DNA from: an uncultured Gemmatimonadales bacterium
GTDB lineage: Bacteria > Gemmatimonadota > Gemmatimonadetes > Gemmatimonadales > GWC2-71-9
NCBI GenBank assembly: GCA_963806875.1
Contig: CAWDYU010000002.1
Location: forward strand, 145,426-209,425
DNA: 64,000 bases
Direction of reading: 5' to 3'
Shown: positions 9,529 through 20,760 of the stretch, one piece after another
Layout: the number at the start of each line of letters is the position of its first letter
Numbering within the stretch: the first letter of the stretch is position 1
The notes under the pieces: generated by a model
What the model was told of the DNA's origin: nothing
The model's database searches: none
Seen by the model: the letters and a program-made list of their open reading frames with translations, nothing else
Translations under genes and position numbers: made by a program

Positions 9529-10160
9529 CACCGTTGGTCGTCGTGCTGTCGTCGCCATCGGGGGGCGGCAAGTCGTCGATCACCCAGCGACTCCTGACGG
9601 AGCGGGCCGACGCCGGATATTCGGTGTCTGCGACGACGCGCGCGGCGCGGGCAGGCGAGACCGACGGTGAGGCGTACCACTTCCTGTCGGCCGACGAGTT
9701 TGCGCGGCGGGTAGAGGCTGGTGACTTTCTCGAGCACGCGACGTACAACGGGCACTCGTACGGGTCGCTGGTCGAGGAGGTGCGCACGGTCACTCGCTCA
9801 GGTCGGCACGTGCTGCTCGACATCGAAGTGGTCGGGGCGCGCCTGGTGCGCGAGCGATTCCCCGATGCCGTGCTGATCTTCGTGGTGCCGCCGAGCGGGG
9901 CGGTGCTCGCCGAACGGCTGCGGGGGCGGGGCACCGAGGCCACCGATGTCGTCCGGGCGCGGCTGGAGCGGGCGCTGCACGAACTCGACGCGGCGCCGGG
10001 GTATGATTACGTCGTGGTGAATGACAACCTCGACGACGCGGTGCGGGCGGTGCATTCGATCATCGATGCCGAGTCGCGTCGCACAAGTCGGCAGCGGGAA
10101 GCAACGGTCCTGCTCGACCGGCTGCGGTCCGAGATCAGCGCGGAGCTGGCACGGGATTGA
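9525..10160 (+). CDS. gmk: Guanylate kinase
   Basis: P-loop SSPSGGGKSS, SVSATTRAAR, and YHFLSADEFARRVEAGDFLEHA. Confidence 0.92.
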   Translation: MTPLVVVLSSPSGGGKSSITQRLLTERADAGYSVSATTRAARAGETDGEAYHFLSADEFARRVEAGDFLEHATYNGHSYGSLVEEVRTVTRSGRHVLLDIEVVGARLVRERFPDAVLIFVVPPSGAVLAERLRGRGTEATDVVRARLERALHELDAAPGYDYVVVNDNLDDAVRAVHSIIDAESRRTSRQREATVLLDRLRSEISAELARD

Positions 10161-10191
10161 TTCAGGCAGTACTCACACGCAGGAGGGAAGC

Positions 10192-10419
10192 ATGGAAGTA
10201 TTCACGCCGCACGAAGTCGCCGAGCACACCGGGTCGAAGTACCGGGGCATTCTCGTTGCCGCGAAGTTCGCGCGGTACCTGAATGAGTTCCCGCGTGACG
10301 CAGTCGAGCGCTGGGAGCGCACCGAGGGCGTCAAGAAGCTCACCACGCTCGCGCTGACGAAGCTCACCAGTGGTGAGTTGACCTTCCGCGAGCTCCGCCG
10401 GCGCCGCACCGAGACCTGA
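10192..10419 (+). CDS. rpoZ: DNA-directed RNA polymerase omega subunit
   Basis: Small protein (75 aa) after gmk, with SKYRGILVAAKFARYLN. AGGAGGG RBS 6 nt upstream of the ATG at 10192. Confidence 0.8.
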   Translation: MEVFTPHEVAEHTGSKYRGILVAAKFARYLNEFPRDAVERWERTEGVKKLTTLALTKLTSGELTFRELRRRRTET

Positions 10420-10420
10420 G

Positions 10421-11614
10421 ATGTGGGAGGGCCGCCGCGTCGTCCTGGGCGTCACTGGCGGTGTCGCGGCGTACAAGGCCGTCCTCCTCGCCCGTGAGCT
10501 CTCGCTGCGCGGTGCGCTCGTCGACGTGATCATGACCCGTGGCGCCCGCGAGTTCGTGGGCGCTGCGACGTTCGAGGCAGTGACCCGGCGGCCGGTGCGC
10601 ACCTCGCTGTGGGAGCGTGACGCCGCGCTCGATCATGTGACGGTCGCCGATCGTGCCGATCTCGTACTCATCGCACCAGCCACCGCGCACGTGATCGCTC
10701 GGCTCGCTGCCGGGATCGCGGACGATCTCCTCACGGCGTTGGTGCTCGCGGCGCCGGGCCCCATCGTGATCGCGCCGGCAATGAACGACGAGATGCACGC
10801 CGATCCCGTCACGGCGTCCAACATCGCGATGCTCCGCGATCGTGGCTGGGAGATTGTGGGGCCAGCGGTCGGGCCACTCGCCGAGGGGCCGTCTGCACGC
10901 CCGGGTCGGATGGTCGAACCCAACGAGATCATCGCGCGCGCTGAGCGGGTCCTGTACGGGCCCGGTCCGATGCACGGCCTCAATGTGGTCATCACCGCCG
11001 GTCCAACGCGTGAGCCGATTGATCCCGTTCGGTTCGTTTCCAACAGGTCGAGCGGAAAGATGGGGTACCGACTCGCCGAGGCCGCGTGGCGCCGGGGAGC
11101 GGAGGTGACCCTGGTGTCCGGTCCGTCCAGCGAGGTGCCCCCAGCCGGCGTCAGGACGGTGTTTGTGGAGACCACCGCGGAGATGGCTGCGGCGGTGCTC
11201 GCGGAGATCGAAGACGCCGATGTGCTGGTGATGGCTGCGGCGCCATCGGATTTCCGCCCGTCGGTGGTGCGGGACGCCAAGGTGCCCCGGGCTGCCGGCG
11301 GCTTCACCCTGGCTTTCGATTCCACCGACGACATTCTCGAGATGACGCTGCCCCATCGGCACGCTGGCCTGACCACGGTCGGGTTCGCGCTGGAGACCGG
11401 TGCCGCCCTCGAGCGTGGACGGGCCAAGTTGTCGCGGAAGCAGCTCGACATGATCGTCATCAACGATGCGCTCGAGAAAGGTGCCGGTTTCGACGTCGAC
11501 ACCAACGCGGTCACGATCCTTGATTGCCTGGGCGGCGAGCAGCACGTGTCGATCCGGTCAAAAGCGGCAGTCGCGAATGCGATCCTCGATGCAGTCGAGG
11601 CCTACCGTGAATGA
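10421..11614 (+). CDS. coaBC: Bifunctional phosphopantothenoylcysteine decarboxylase / phosphopantothenate-cysteine ligase
   Basis: N-terminal flavoprotein motif VVLGVTGGVAAYKAVLLAREL and PAMNDEMH. C-terminal ligase domain (ITAGPTREPIDPVRFVSNRSSGKMG). Confidence 0.92.
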   Translation: MWEGRRVVLGVTGGVAAYKAVLLARELSLRGALVDVIMTRGAREFVGAATFEAVTRRPVRTSLWERDAALDHVTVADRADLVLIAPATAHVIARLAAGIADDLLTALVLAAPGPIVIAPAMNDEMHADPVTASNIAMLRDRGWEIVGPAVGPLAEGPSARPGRMVEPNEIIARAERVLYGPGPMHGLNVVITAGPTREPIDPVRFVSNRSSGKMGYRLAEAAWRRGAEVTLVSGPSSEVPPAGVRTVFVETTAEMAAAVLAEIEDADVLVMAAAPSDFRPSVVRDAKVPRAAGGFTLAFDSTDDILEMTLPHRHAGLTTVGFALETGAALERGRAKLSRKQLDMIVINDALEKGAGFDVDTNAVTILDCLGGEQHVSIRSKAAVANAILDAVEAYRE

Positions 11615-12497
11615 CGCCACTCGGCGATGGATCGAATTGCAGCGCGACCTCGGCGGCGATGAGGTGATCTTCGAGCGTCCATTGCCGGCGCATGCGCAGG
11701 TGACGCTCGGCAAGGTGCCGGAGAGGCCGAAGTCGCCGTCCCCCGCGCGATCGGCGCGGCCGGCGGCCCGAGCCCCGGATTCGCCGGCGCCACCAGTCGG
11801 TGATGCCCCGCAGCCACTTCCCGCCGTATGGCAGTTCAAGCCGACGGGAGATCCGGCGGCAGCGTGGCGCGAGGGCGCTCCCGAGATCCCGGGACCGGGG
11901 TTGTCGGTGACCGTGCCCCCGCAGCGTGCCGGCAACCCGGCCTGGGCAACGTTGGACGAAGTGGCGGCGATCGTGTCGGGGTGCGTCAAATGCCCCCTCG
12001 CCGCGGGACGTACGCTCACCGTCCCGGGCGAGGGGAATCCCGCTGCCGGCCTGTTCTGCGTGGGAGAGGGGCCCGGCGAGGCAGAGGACAAGTCCGGGCG
12101 TCCATTCGTGGGCCGAGCGGGCGGTATGCTCGACAAGATTCTCGCCGCCATCGAGGCTCCGCGCCCAACGGTCTACATTGGGAACGTGGTGAAGTGCCGC
12201 CCGCCTGGAAACCGGGCACCGTTGCCAGACGAGCGGGAGGCGTGCATGCCGTATCTTCATCGGCAGATCGCGCTGGTGCGCCCGAAGGTGTTGCTTGCCC
12301 TCGGGACGTCCGCCGCCGAGGCGCTCCTCGGCGTCCGGAAACCGCTCGGAGAGCTCCGGCTCAAGGTCCACCGTTACAATGGCATTCCGCTCATCGTGAC
12401 GTATCACCCCGCGGCATTGCTGCGAAACCCCAACTGGAAGCGGCCCGCCTGGGATGACGTCCGTATCGCTCGCCAACTCCTCGACGCAATCGACTGA
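11607..12497 (+). CDS. Uracil-DNA glycosylase, family 4
   Basis: Motif A GEGPGEAEDKSGRPFVGRAG and motif B TYHPAALLRN. The N-terminal ~110 aa is Pro/Ala-rich. GTG 11607 chosen as start and uncertain. Confidence 0.8.
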   Translation: MNDATRRWIELQRDLGGDEVIFERPLPAHAQVTLGKVPERPKSPSPARSARPAARAPDSPAPPVGDAPQPLPAVWQFKPTGDPAAAWREGAPEIPGPGLSVTVPPQRAGNPAWATLDEVAAIVSGCVKCPLAAGRTLTVPGEGNPAAGLFCVGEGPGEAEDKSGRPFVGRAGGMLDKILAAIEAPRPTVYIGNVVKCRPPGNRAPLPDEREACMPYLHRQIALVRPKVLLALGTSAAEALLGVRKPLGELRLKVHRYNGIPLIVTYHPAALLRNPNWKRPAWDDVRIARQLLDAID

Positions 12498-13851
12498 TCC
12501 GTTCCAGGGCCGCAGTGTGCCCTGGAGCCAGGAAGCCGAGCAGGCCGTGCTTGGCGCCATGGTCATCGACAACGAGGCCGCGCTTCGTGGTGCCGAACTC
12601 CTCGACGACGGGATGTTCTACCGCGAGGGTCACCGGCGCCTGTTCCGGGCCATCCGTGCGCTGGTCGAGCAGCGCATGATGATCGACTACGTCACCCTCC
12701 GTGACGAGCTGCAGCGGCGTGGCGATCTCGAGCTCTCGGGCGGGATCGACTATCTCGACGAACTCGTCAACGCCGTCCCCACCGCGGCAAACCTCGAGTA
12801 CCACGCCCGGATCCTCAAGGAAAAGGCGATCTCGCGCAGGCTGATCGAGGCCGCGACGCAGATCATCACCGAGACCTACGAGGGTGCGGCCAAGGCCACG
12901 GAACTGCTCGACAGCGCCGAAGGCAAGATCTTCCGGATCGCCCAGCAGCGGGGCGAGGAGAAGTTCATCCGGATCAAGGAACTCCTGTACCCGGCAATGG
13001 ATCGCATTGATGCGCTCCAGAAGGGGAAAGGAACGATCACCGGTGTACCCAGCGGCTTCACCAAGCTGGATGACATGACGACCGGGTTCCAGCCTTCGGA
13101 GTTGATCATCGTGGCGGCGCGACCGTCGATGGGCAAGACGGCGTTCTGCCTCAACCTGGCGACGCACGCGGCCCACGAGGGTCATGGCGTGGCCGTCTTC
13201 TCGCTCGAGATGTCGAAGGACTCGCTGGTGCAGCGCATGCTCTGCGCCGAGGCACGGGTGGATTCGCAGGCAGTGCGACGCGGCACGCTCAAGCCGCCCG
13301 ACTGGACCAGCCTCGCGCGCGCTGCGGGCATCCTGCAGACCTGTCCTGTGTGGATCGACGACACGCCGGCGCTCACGCTGCTCGAGATGCGCTCAAAGGC
13401 TCGCCGACTCAAGGCCGAGAACGACGTGCGGCTGGTGATCGTCGACTACCTGCAGTTGATGCGGAGCCCGGAGTATTCCGAGAACCGCGTGCAGGAGATC
13501 TCGGATATCTCGCGATCACTCAAGCAACTCGCCCGCGAGCTCGAGCTTCCCGTGATCGCATTGTCGCAGCTCTCTCGCGCATCCGAGCAGCGCGGCGGCG
13601 ATCGGTTGCCGCTGCTTTCCGACCTGCGTGATTCCGGTGCGATCGAGCAGGACGCCGACCTGGTGATGTTCATCCATCGTCCCGAGATGTACCGGGACCT
13701 TCGCGAGAAGGCCGAGCAGGCCGGCGAGACGCTCGAGGGCCGCACCGACGTGATCCTGGCCAAGCACCGCAACGGCCCGACCGGCCAGATCGATCTCTAC
13801 TTCCACAAGCAGTTCACCCGGTTCGACAACCTCAGCGATCGCGAGAACTGA
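12454..13851 (+). CDS. dnaB: Replicative DNA helicase DnaB
   Basis: PWSQEAEQAVLGAM N-terminus, Walker A ARPSMGKTAF, and IVDYLQLM, SQLSR, DSGAIEQDAD motifs. Confidence 0.95.
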   Translation: MTSVSLANSSTQSTDPFQGRSVPWSQEAEQAVLGAMVIDNEAALRGAELLDDGMFYREGHRRLFRAIRALVEQRMMIDYVTLRDELQRRGDLELSGGIDYLDELVNAVPTAANLEYHARILKEKAISRRLIEAATQIITETYEGAAKATELLDSAEGKIFRIAQQRGEEKFIRIKELLYPAMDRIDALQKGKGTITGVPSGFTKLDDMTTGFQPSELIIVAARPSMGKTAFCLNLATHAAHEGHGVAVFSLEMSKDSLVQRMLCAEARVDSQAVRRGTLKPPDWTSLARAAGILQTCPVWIDDTPALTLLEMRSKARRLKAENDVRLVIVDYLQLMRSPEYSENRVQEISDISRSLKQLARELELPVIALSQLSRASEQRGGDRLPLLSDLRDSGAIEQDADLVMFIHRPEMYRDLREKAEQAGETLEGRTDVILAKHRNGPTGQIDLYFHKQFTRFDNLSDREN

Positions 13852-13852
13852 G

Positions 13853-15206
13853 GTGGCACGGGTGCGTTCGGTGTGGCGCTGCGCCGAGTGTGGTCACCAG
13901 CATGCCAAGTGGGCGGGGCAGTGCGAGGGGTGCAGTGCGTGGAACAGCGTCGCCGAGGAGCTTGCAGGCGACCGGGTGAGCAAGGGCGGCGCCTCGGTCG
14001 CCACGGCGTCGGCGCCGATCCGACTCCGCGAAGTCGAGGGCGCCCGGCTCGAGCGGTGGAGCAGCGGGCTGCCCGAGCTCGATTTCGTCCTTGGCGGAGG
14101 GCTCGTGCCGGGGTCGATGACCCTCATCGGCGGCGAACCGGGGATCGGCAAGTCCACGTTGTTGCTGCAAGCCGCGGCGCGACTCGAGGCGGGCGGCCGG
14201 ACGGTGCTGTACGCCAGCGGTGAGGAATCTCCCGAGCAGCTCCGGTTGCGCGCCGATCGGATCGGCGAGGAGAGCGGCGGCGTGCAGGTCATCGGGGAGA
14301 CGCGTCTCGAGGCGATCCTGCGGGCCACCCACGCGGTTGGTGCGTCGGTGCTGATCCTCGACTCGATCCAGACCGTCTACACCGATGCCCTCGAGAGCGC
14401 GCCAGGCAACGTGGGCCAGGTGCGCGAGTGCGCCGGCCTGCTTGATGCGTTACGCGAAGGACAGCGGTGTCGCCGTGATCGTGGTGGGCCACGTGACGAA
14501 AGGCGGTGCCATCGCCGGTCCCAAGACGCTCGAGCACATCGTCGACACCGTGCTCTACTTCGAGGGCGAGACCACCCTCGACTATCGGCTCCTGCGCGCC
14601 ACCAAGAATCGGTTCGGTTCGGTCGACGAGCTCGGCGTGTTCACGATGACCGAACGGGGGCTCATCCCGGTAGCGAATCCGTCCGCGGTGTTCCTCGCGG
14701 CACGTGCGGCGGGAACTCCTGGCAGCGCCGTCACCGCGCTGATGGAGGGCACCAGGCCGGTGCTGGTGGAGGTGCAGGCGCTCGCGGCTCCATCGGGGTA
14801 TGGCACGCCGCAGCGCGTGGCGACCGGGATCGATCCGAAGCGTCTGGCCGTGTTGCTCGCCGTTCTCGAGCGGCGGGGCGGCACATCGTTCGCCGGACTC
14901 GATGTCTTCGTGCAGGTGACCGCGGGTGTACGGCTCAACGAGCCTGGCGCCGACCTCGCCGTGGCGGCGGCGCTCCTGTCCTCGGCCCACAACCGTGCCA
15001 CCCCTGCCGATGCGATGTACCTCGGGGAGCTGGGGCTCGGCGGCGAGATCCGGCCGATCGGTGGCGTCGAGCGGCGCCTCTCGGAGGCCGCTCGACTGGG
15101 GTTCCAGCAGGCATTCGGCTCGGCCCGCTCCAAGGTGACGGTCGCGGGGATTCGACATCGCGGCCTCGATCACGTCGACCAGCTGGTGCGCACCCTTGCC
15201 GCGTGA
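13853..15206 (+). CDS. radA: DNA repair protein RadA/Sms. The frame is broken by an apparent extra G at 14444.
   Basis: Zn finger CAECGHQHAKWAGQCEGC, Walker A GGEPGIGKST, KNRFG motif, and a Lon-like C-terminal domain. ...VRECAGLL (frame of 13853) continues as MRYAKDSGVAVIVVGHVTKGG in the frame of ORF 14385..15206. Confidence 0.88.
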
Positions 15207-15882
15207 TTGCGGGGTCGTGATCGTGGCCGCCGGACGCGGCACCCGGGTCGGCGGGACGGTTCCCAAGCAGTTCGTCGAGATCGCCGGTGCCCCGGTGCTG
15301 CTCCACGCGATCCGCCCCTTCGCGTCGCATCCCGACGTGCTGCAGGTGGTCGTCGTACTCGCCGCCGACGACGCGGCAACGCCACCGGCGTGGCTTGCGT
15401 CGCACCTGGGCGACCGCCTCAGCGTCGTGTCCGGCGGTGCCGAGCGGAGTGCATCAGTCGCGGCCGGCCTCGCGGCACTCTGTCCGGAGTGTGCCATCGT
15501 CCTGGTACACGACGGCGCCCGTCCGTTTCCACCGCGCAAGGTGATCGATGACGGGATCGCGATCGCCCGCAGCGGTCATGGTGCGGTGCCGGCCATCCCG
15601 GTTGGCGATACCATCAAGCGCGCCGACGAATACGGACAGATCCTCACCACGGTGTCCCGCGAAGGGCTCTGGCAGGCGCAAACGCCCCAGGTCTTCCCTC
15701 GTGAGGTGCTCGTGCGGGCACACGCCGCAGCGCAGGCCGAAGGCCTGTGCAGCACCGACGACGCCGGCCTGGTCGAGCGGATCGGCGAGCGGGTGCAGCT
15801 GATCCCGGGGTCGCCCCGCAACCTCAAGATCACGACGCCCGATGATGTCGCCATGGCGGGGTGGCTGGCGGCACAGCCATGA
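15196..15882 (+). CDS. ispD: 2-C-methyl-D-erythritol 4-phosphate cytidylyltransferase
   Basis: VIVAAGRGTRVGGTVPKQF, VLVHDGARPF, and QTPQVF motifs. Start is TTG 15196 or GTG 15217. Confidence 0.9.
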   Translation: MPRDCGVVIVAAGRGTRVGGTVPKQFVEIAGAPVLLHAIRPFASHPDVLQVVVVLAADDAATPPAWLASHLGDRLSVVSGGAERSASVAAGLAALCPECAIVLVHDGARPFPPRKVIDDGIAIARSGHGAVPAIPVGDTIKRADEYGQILTTVSREGLWQAQTPQVFPREVLVRAHAAAQAEGLCSTDDAGLVERIGERVQLIPGSPRNLKITTPDDVAMAGWLAAQP

Positions 15883-16530
15883 TCGTCCCGTTTCACGATG
15901 ACGCCGACGTCGATGCGATCGCGGCGCAGGTTGCCGACCATCTCCGGAGCGGGAAGCTGCTGGCGTATCCCACCGAGACTGTCTACGGGCTCGGGTCCGA
16001 TGCGTCCGATGCCGGACTCGACGCGTTGGCCCGGCTCAAGCGTCGCGCACCAACCAAGCCGTTCCTGCTGCTCGTCTCGGGCCTCGACATGCTCGCCGCC
16101 TCGGGACTCGCCATGACCCCCGCTGCGCGCGTGATGGCGCGCGAGTTCTGGCCGGGCCCGCTCACGCTCGTGTTGCGGGGCGGTGAAGGGCGCCTTCCGG
16201 ATCGGCTGCGTGGTCCCGAAGGTGGTATCGCGGTGCGCTGGACATCGCACGCATTGCTCGCGCGGCTCGATCGCGGCTTTCGGCGAACCGATCACGTCGA
16301 CATCTGCCAATATCCCCGGTGCGGCGCCGTCGGCGGGCGCGATCGGCGTGCCGGGACTGTTTCCCGACGCCGTGAGGTCGGGTGAGCTGCTGGTGCTCGA
16401 CGGCGGCGTCCTCGGAAACGTGCCGCCGTCGACGCTGGTCGACTGCACCGCACCGGTCGCGCGGCTGGTTCGCGAGGGCGCGATCCCGCGTACCGAACTG
16501 CGTGCGCGCGCCGGATCGCTGGCGCCGTGA
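15879..16530 (+). CDS. tsaC: L-threonylcarbamoyladenylate synthase (TsaC/YrdC family). The frame is broken by an apparent extra G at 16269.
   Basis: YPTETVYGLG and KPFLLLV motifs. ...TSHALLARL (frame of 15861) continues as IAAFGEPITSTSANIPG in the frame of ORF 16183..16530. Confidence 0.82.
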
Positions 16531-16532
16531 CG

Positions 16533-17006
16533 ATGCGCATCCTTGTCGTGTGCTCCGGCAACACCTGCAGGTCGCCGCTGGCGGCAGCGATGCTCGCGAA
16601 TCGGATCGCCCGCCACCCCGATCTGGCCGGCACGGAGGTGGCATCGGCCGGCACATCTGCGTGGCCGGGCGCCCCGGCGTCCGATGGGTCACTGCTGGTT
16701 GCGCTCGAACGCGGGATCGACCTTTCGGCTCACCGGTCACGACTCGTCACCGCGGAGTTGGTCCAGGTCGCCGACATGATCCTCGTCATGGGCGAGTCGC
16801 ATCGCCGTCGCGTCGCCGACCTGGGAGGTGCCAATCGGGTGCACCTGTTGTCGGATTTCGACCCGGACAGCGATGGCAGCGACGTGCCTGACCCATTCGG
16901 CGGGAGCGTGGAGGCGTACCGTGCCACCGCGGAGGCGTTCGACGTGATGCTCGGTGGAGTGATCGAGCAATTGAGGGCCGAATCTCCCGACCGGCGTGCA
17001 CCGTGA
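16533..17006 (+). CDS. Low-molecular-weight protein tyrosine/arginine phosphatase
   Basis: Active site VCSGNTCRSP (C-x5-R-S) and downstream DVPDPFG. Sits after tsaC, as in the Bacillus ywlC-ywlE arrangement. Confidence 0.88.
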   Translation: MRILVVCSGNTCRSPLAAAMLANRIARHPDLAGTEVASAGTSAWPGAPASDGSLLVALERGIDLSAHRSRLVTAELVQVADMILVMGESHRRRVADLGGANRVHLLSDFDPDSDGSDVPDPFGGSVEAYRATAEAFDVMLGGVIEQLRAESPDRRAP

Positions 17007-17809
17007 AAATCTCGGCCAGTACCCGAACGTTTGCGCTGCTGGGCGATCCGGTGGGGCACTCGCTGTCGCCAAGGATGCAGAATGCCGGATTTCACGCGGC
17101 CGGCATCGACGCGGTGTACGTCGCGCTGCGGTGCGAGGCGGATGCCGTCGTACCGACCATGCGGTTGCTCGCTGGCGCCAACGGCGGCGGTAACGTCACC
17201 ATTCCGCACAAGCGCGTCGCCGCGAGCTGCGCGCCGGCTGTTGCCATCGGGATCGAAACCGGGGCGGCCAATACCTTTGCGGGCACTGCAGATGGATTGC
17301 TCGTCGCGAACACCGACATCGAGGCCATCGCGCACGCTGTCGATTTGCTGGGTGGCCCCGACGGTGCCTGGCTCATCCATGGTACCGGTGGCAGTGCCCG
17401 CAGCGCCGTGGCCGCGGCCGTGTCGCGCGGGTGCGCCGTGGCGGTGTCGTCGCGGGACGACGCCCGAGCCGATGACTTCGCCCGCTGGTGCCGGTCGGTC
17501 GGTGCGGAGGTGGTGCCCGCGTCACAAGCGGTGACTGCCATCAACGCGACTCCGCTCGGCCTCTCCGATGACGACGCGCTGCCGTCGGACCCGACGGGGC
17601 TTCCCGCGGTGCGCACTGCGCTGGACCTGACCTACCGCCACCGCGGGACGACAGCGTGGTGCCGCGCCTGGGACGCGCAGGGTGTGGCGTCGGTCGATGG
17701 TCGCGAGCCACTGCTGTGGCAGGGGGTGGCGGCCTGGCAGCACTGGTTTCCCGGTGTCGCCGTGCCGGTCGATGTGATGCGCGCGGCGCTAACACATGCC
17801 GTGGACTGA
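17003..17809 (+). CDS. aroE: Shikimate dehydrogenase
   Basis: LLGDPVGHSLSPRMQNAGF and NVTIPHK motifs. GTG start overlaps the preceding stop. Confidence 0.88.
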   Translation: MKISASTRTFALLGDPVGHSLSPRMQNAGFHAAGIDAVYVALRCEADAVVPTMRLLAGANGGGNVTIPHKRVAASCAPAVAIGIETGAANTFAGTADGLLVANTDIEAIAHAVDLLGGPDGAWLIHGTGGSARSAVAAAVSRGCAVAVSSRDDARADDFARWCRSVGAEVVPASQAVTAINATPLGLSDDDALPSDPTGLPAVRTALDLTYRHRGTTAWCRAWDAQGVASVDGREPLLWQGVAAWQHWFPGVAVPVDVMRAALTHAVD

Positions 17810-18560
17810 CGTCGTTCGCGCCGCCGAGAGGTGGCTGCTGGTGCCGGAGTGCATGACGTGCGGTGCGGTGGTGGGCGAGGCGGGTGAACCGCTCGTGTGC
17901 GCGGTTTGCCGGATGCGGTGGCGTGCGCTGCCGTCACCGGTGTGCGTCACCTGTGGTGAGCCTGCAGACCTCGGTCTGTCTTGTCGACTGTGCGTGGGCT
18001 GGCCCGACGGATTCAGCGGCGTCCGCAGTGCAGTGCGGCTGGATGCGCCGGTGCGCGAACTGATCCATGCGTTCAAGTACGACGGCTGGTGGCGCCTGGC
18101 GGAAGCATTTGCCACCCGCATGGAGCCGTTTGTCGCGTCGAGCCTGGACGGTGCCGACCTCATCCCGATTCCGCTCTCGCCGGGCCGCCAGATGAAGCGG
18201 GGCTATAATCAGGCAGCATGCATCGCGGATGCGCTCGGACGATTGACGTCCATGCCGGTCGCCGGCGCGCGGCTATCACGGCGGCGTGATACCGGCACGC
18301 AGACACGGCTCACGCCGGCGATGCGACTCGTCAACCTCGCCGGCGCGTTTTCCGCCACCCCCAGTGGTCGGCGCGCGGTGCTGGTGGACGATGTGTTCAC
18401 CACCGGGGCCACGTTATGTTCGGCGGCCACGGCGCTTCTCGAAGCGGGCGCAGAAGCCGTGACTGCCCTGACCTTTGCCCGGGCCGCCCCGCCGCTCACC
18501 GACGCGGCGTTCCGGATCGACAACATCACCCTACTTCGTTCAAGTGAGGCTTCAGCATGA
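17796..18560 (+). CDS. comF: ComF-family protein (amidophosphoribosyltransferase-like)
   Basis: N-terminal double Cys pairs (CMTCG..CAVC, CVTCG..CRLC), RGYNQA, and PRTase motif [13 protein letters not shown]. Confidence 0.82.
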   Translation: MPWTDVVRAAERWLLVPECMTCGAVVGEAGEPLVCAVCRMRWRALPSPVCVTCGEPADLGLSCRLCVGWPDGFSGVRSAVRLDAPVRELIHAFKYDGWWRLAEAFATRMEPFVASSLDGADLIPIPLSPGRQMKRGYNQAACIADALGRLTSMPVAGARLSRRRDTGTQTRLTPAMRLVNLAGAFSATPSGRRAVLVDDVFTTGATLCSAATALLEAGAEAVTALTFARAAPPLTDAAFRIDNITLLRSSEASA

Positions 18561-19567
18561 GCATTCGTGTCGGCATCAATGGTTTCGGACGCATCGGCAG
18601 GAACGTGGTTCGCGCAGCCAAGGCGGCCGGGATCACCGACATCGACTTCGTCGCGGTCAACGACCTCACCGACACGAAGACCCTCGCGCACCTGCTCAAG
18701 TACGATTCGGTGCATGGGCGCTTCCCGTTCGAAGTGTCCGCGGTCGATGGTGGACTCGACGTCGGCGGCGACCTGATGAAGGTGTTTTCCGAGCGTGACC
18801 CATCGAAGCTGCCGTGGGGTGACGTGGGGGTGGACATCGTGCTCGAGAGCACCGGCATCTTCACCGATCGTGACAAGGCAGCAATGCACCTGAGCGCGGG
18901 CGCGAAGAAGGTCGTGATCTCGGCGCCGGCCAAGGGCGAGGACAAGACGTTCGTGTACGGGGTGAACCACCTCGACTACGACCCGGCCAAGCATCACGTC
19001 ATCTCGAACGCATCGTGCACCACCAACTGCCTGGTGCCGGTGGTGAAGGTCATCCGTGAGCAGTTCGGGTTCGTGCGCGGCTTCATGACGACCGTCCACA
19101 GCTATACCAACGACCAGAGCATTCTCGACCTGCCGCACAAGGACCTGCGCCGCGCGCGCGCCGCGGCCTTGTCGATCATCCCGACCAGCACCGGTGCGGC
19201 CAAGGCCACCTCGCTGGTGATCCCCGAGGTCAAGGGAAAGATCGACGGCATCGCGCTCCGGGTCCCGACTGCCGACGTCTCGCTCGTCGACCTCACCTGC
19301 ACGGTGGAGCGGGGCACGACGGTCGACGAGGTCAACGCCGCATTCCGCGCGGCGGCCGACGGTCCGCTCAAGGGCGTGCTGTTCGTGAATGACGAGCCGC
19401 TGGTCTCCGTTGACTACATCGGCAATCAGGCATCGAGCACCGTGGATTCGCTGTCGACATCGGTGGTCGATGGCACGCTGGTTCACGTGTCGTCGTGGTA
19501 CGACAACGAGATGGGCTACTCGGCGCGGTGCGTCGACATGATCCGGCACATCGGCGCCCAGCTGTGA
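18557..19567 (+). CDS. gap: Glyceraldehyde-3-phosphate dehydrogenase (type I)
   Basis: [11 protein letters not shown] and active site [10 protein letters not shown]; WYDNEMGYS. Confidence 0.96.
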   Translation: MSIRVGINGFGRIGRNVVRAAKAAGITDIDFVAVNDLTDTKTLAHLLKYDSVHGRFPFEVSAVDGGLDVGGDLMKVFSERDPSKLPWGDVGVDIVLESTGIFTDRDKAAMHLSAGAKKVVISAPAKGEDKTFVYGVNHLDYDPAKHHVISNASCTTNCLVPVVKVIREQFGFVRGFMTTVHSYTNDQSILDLPHKDLRRARAAALSIIPTSTGAAKATSLVIPEVKGKIDGIALRVPTADVSLVDLTCTVERGTTVDEVNAAFRAAADGPLKGVLFVNDEPLVSVDYIGNQASSTVDSLSTSVVDGTLVHVSSWYDNEMGYSARCVDMIRHIGAQL

Positions 19568-20760
19568 GCAAGCGGACGCTCGCCCAGCTCGACGCCGCGC
19601 ATCTCGACGGGCAGCGGGTGGTGGTGCGCGTCGACCTCAATGTCCCGATCACCGACGGTGTGATCGGGGATGACACGCGGATCCGCGCATCGCTTCCCAC
19701 CATCCGGTTCCTGCGGGAGCACGGTGCGCGGGTGGTGCTGCTATCGCACCTCGGCCGGCCGAAGGGAAAGTCCGACCCGGCGTTCTCCCTCAAGCCCGTG
19801 GCCCGCGAGCTGGAAAAGCAGCTGGGGATCCCGGTGACCTTCCTCGCGGATCCTGCAAGCGAAGCGGCGGCGGCCGAGGTTCGCCACCTGCCGCGTGGCG
19901 GGGTGGCCCTCGCCGAGAACACGCGGTTCTACCCGGGCGAAGAGAAGAACGATGCCGACCTGGGGGCCAAGTTCGCCGCGCTCGGGGACATCTACGTGAA
20001 TGACGCGTTCGGTTCGGCGCACCGCGCCCACGCGAGCACCGAGGCGATTGCGCACAAGCTCAAGCCCGCGGTGTCCGGCTTCCTGATGGAGCGGGAACTG
20101 CGCTTCCTCGGTGATGCCATCGAGCAGCCCGAGCGGCCGTTCGTGGCGATTCTCGGTGGCGCCAAGATCAGCGGCAAGATCGACCTCATCGAGGCGCTGC
20201 TGCCAAAGGTCGATCACATCCTCATCGGCGGCGCGATGGCGTGCACGTTCTTTCGTGCGATGGGACATGAGACCGGAAAGTCACTGGTGGAAGAGGACCG
20301 CGTCGAGATGGCGAAGCGGTTGATCGAGACCGCCGGCGACAAGCTGGTGTTGCCTGCGGGTGCGGTGATCGCCGAGCGTCTCGAGGAAGGCGTGGACACG
20401 CGGGAGGTGCCTCGTGATGCGATCCCCGCCGGCTGGGCGATGTTCGATATCGATCGCGAGAGCGTGCGTCACTTTGCGGCGCTCATCGAGAAGGCCCGCA
20501 CGGTCATCTGGAACGGGCCGATGGGGGTGTTCGAGATGCCGCCATTCGACGCCGGGACGCTGGGTGTCGCGCATGCCATGGCGGCTGCGACCGACAAGGG
20601 TGCGACCACCATCATCGGCGGGGGCGATTCCGCGGCGGCCGTGACGGCAGCTGGACTCGACGATCGTGTCACGCACGTCTCGACCGGTGGTGGCGCGTCG
20701 CTGGAGTTTCTCGAGGGCAAGCCGCTTCCGGGCGTCGCCGCGCTGGACGACGCAACGTGA
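19564..20760 (+). CDS. pgk: Phosphoglycerate kinase
   Basis: [27 protein letters not shown], and [16 protein letters not shown] 19564 overlaps the gap stop. Confidence 0.95.
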   Translation: MSKRTLAQLDAAHLDGQRVVVRVDLNVPITDGVIGDDTRIRASLPTIRFLREHGARVVLLSHLGRPKGKSDPAFSLKPVARELEKQLGIPVTFLADPASEAAAAEVRHLPRGGVALAENTRFYPGEEKNDADLGAKFAALGDIYVNDAFGSAHRAHASTEAIAHKLKPAVSGFLMERELRFLGDAIEQPERPFVAILGGAKISGKIDLIEALLPKVDHILIGGAMACTFFRAMGHETGKSLVEEDRVEMAKRLIETAGDKLVLPAGAVIAERLEEGVDTREVPRDAIPAGWAMFDIDRESVRHFAALIEKARTVIWNGPMGVFEMPPFDAGTLGVAHAMAAATDKGATTIIGGGDSAAAVTAAGLDDRVTHVSTGGGASLEFLEGKPLPGVAALDDAT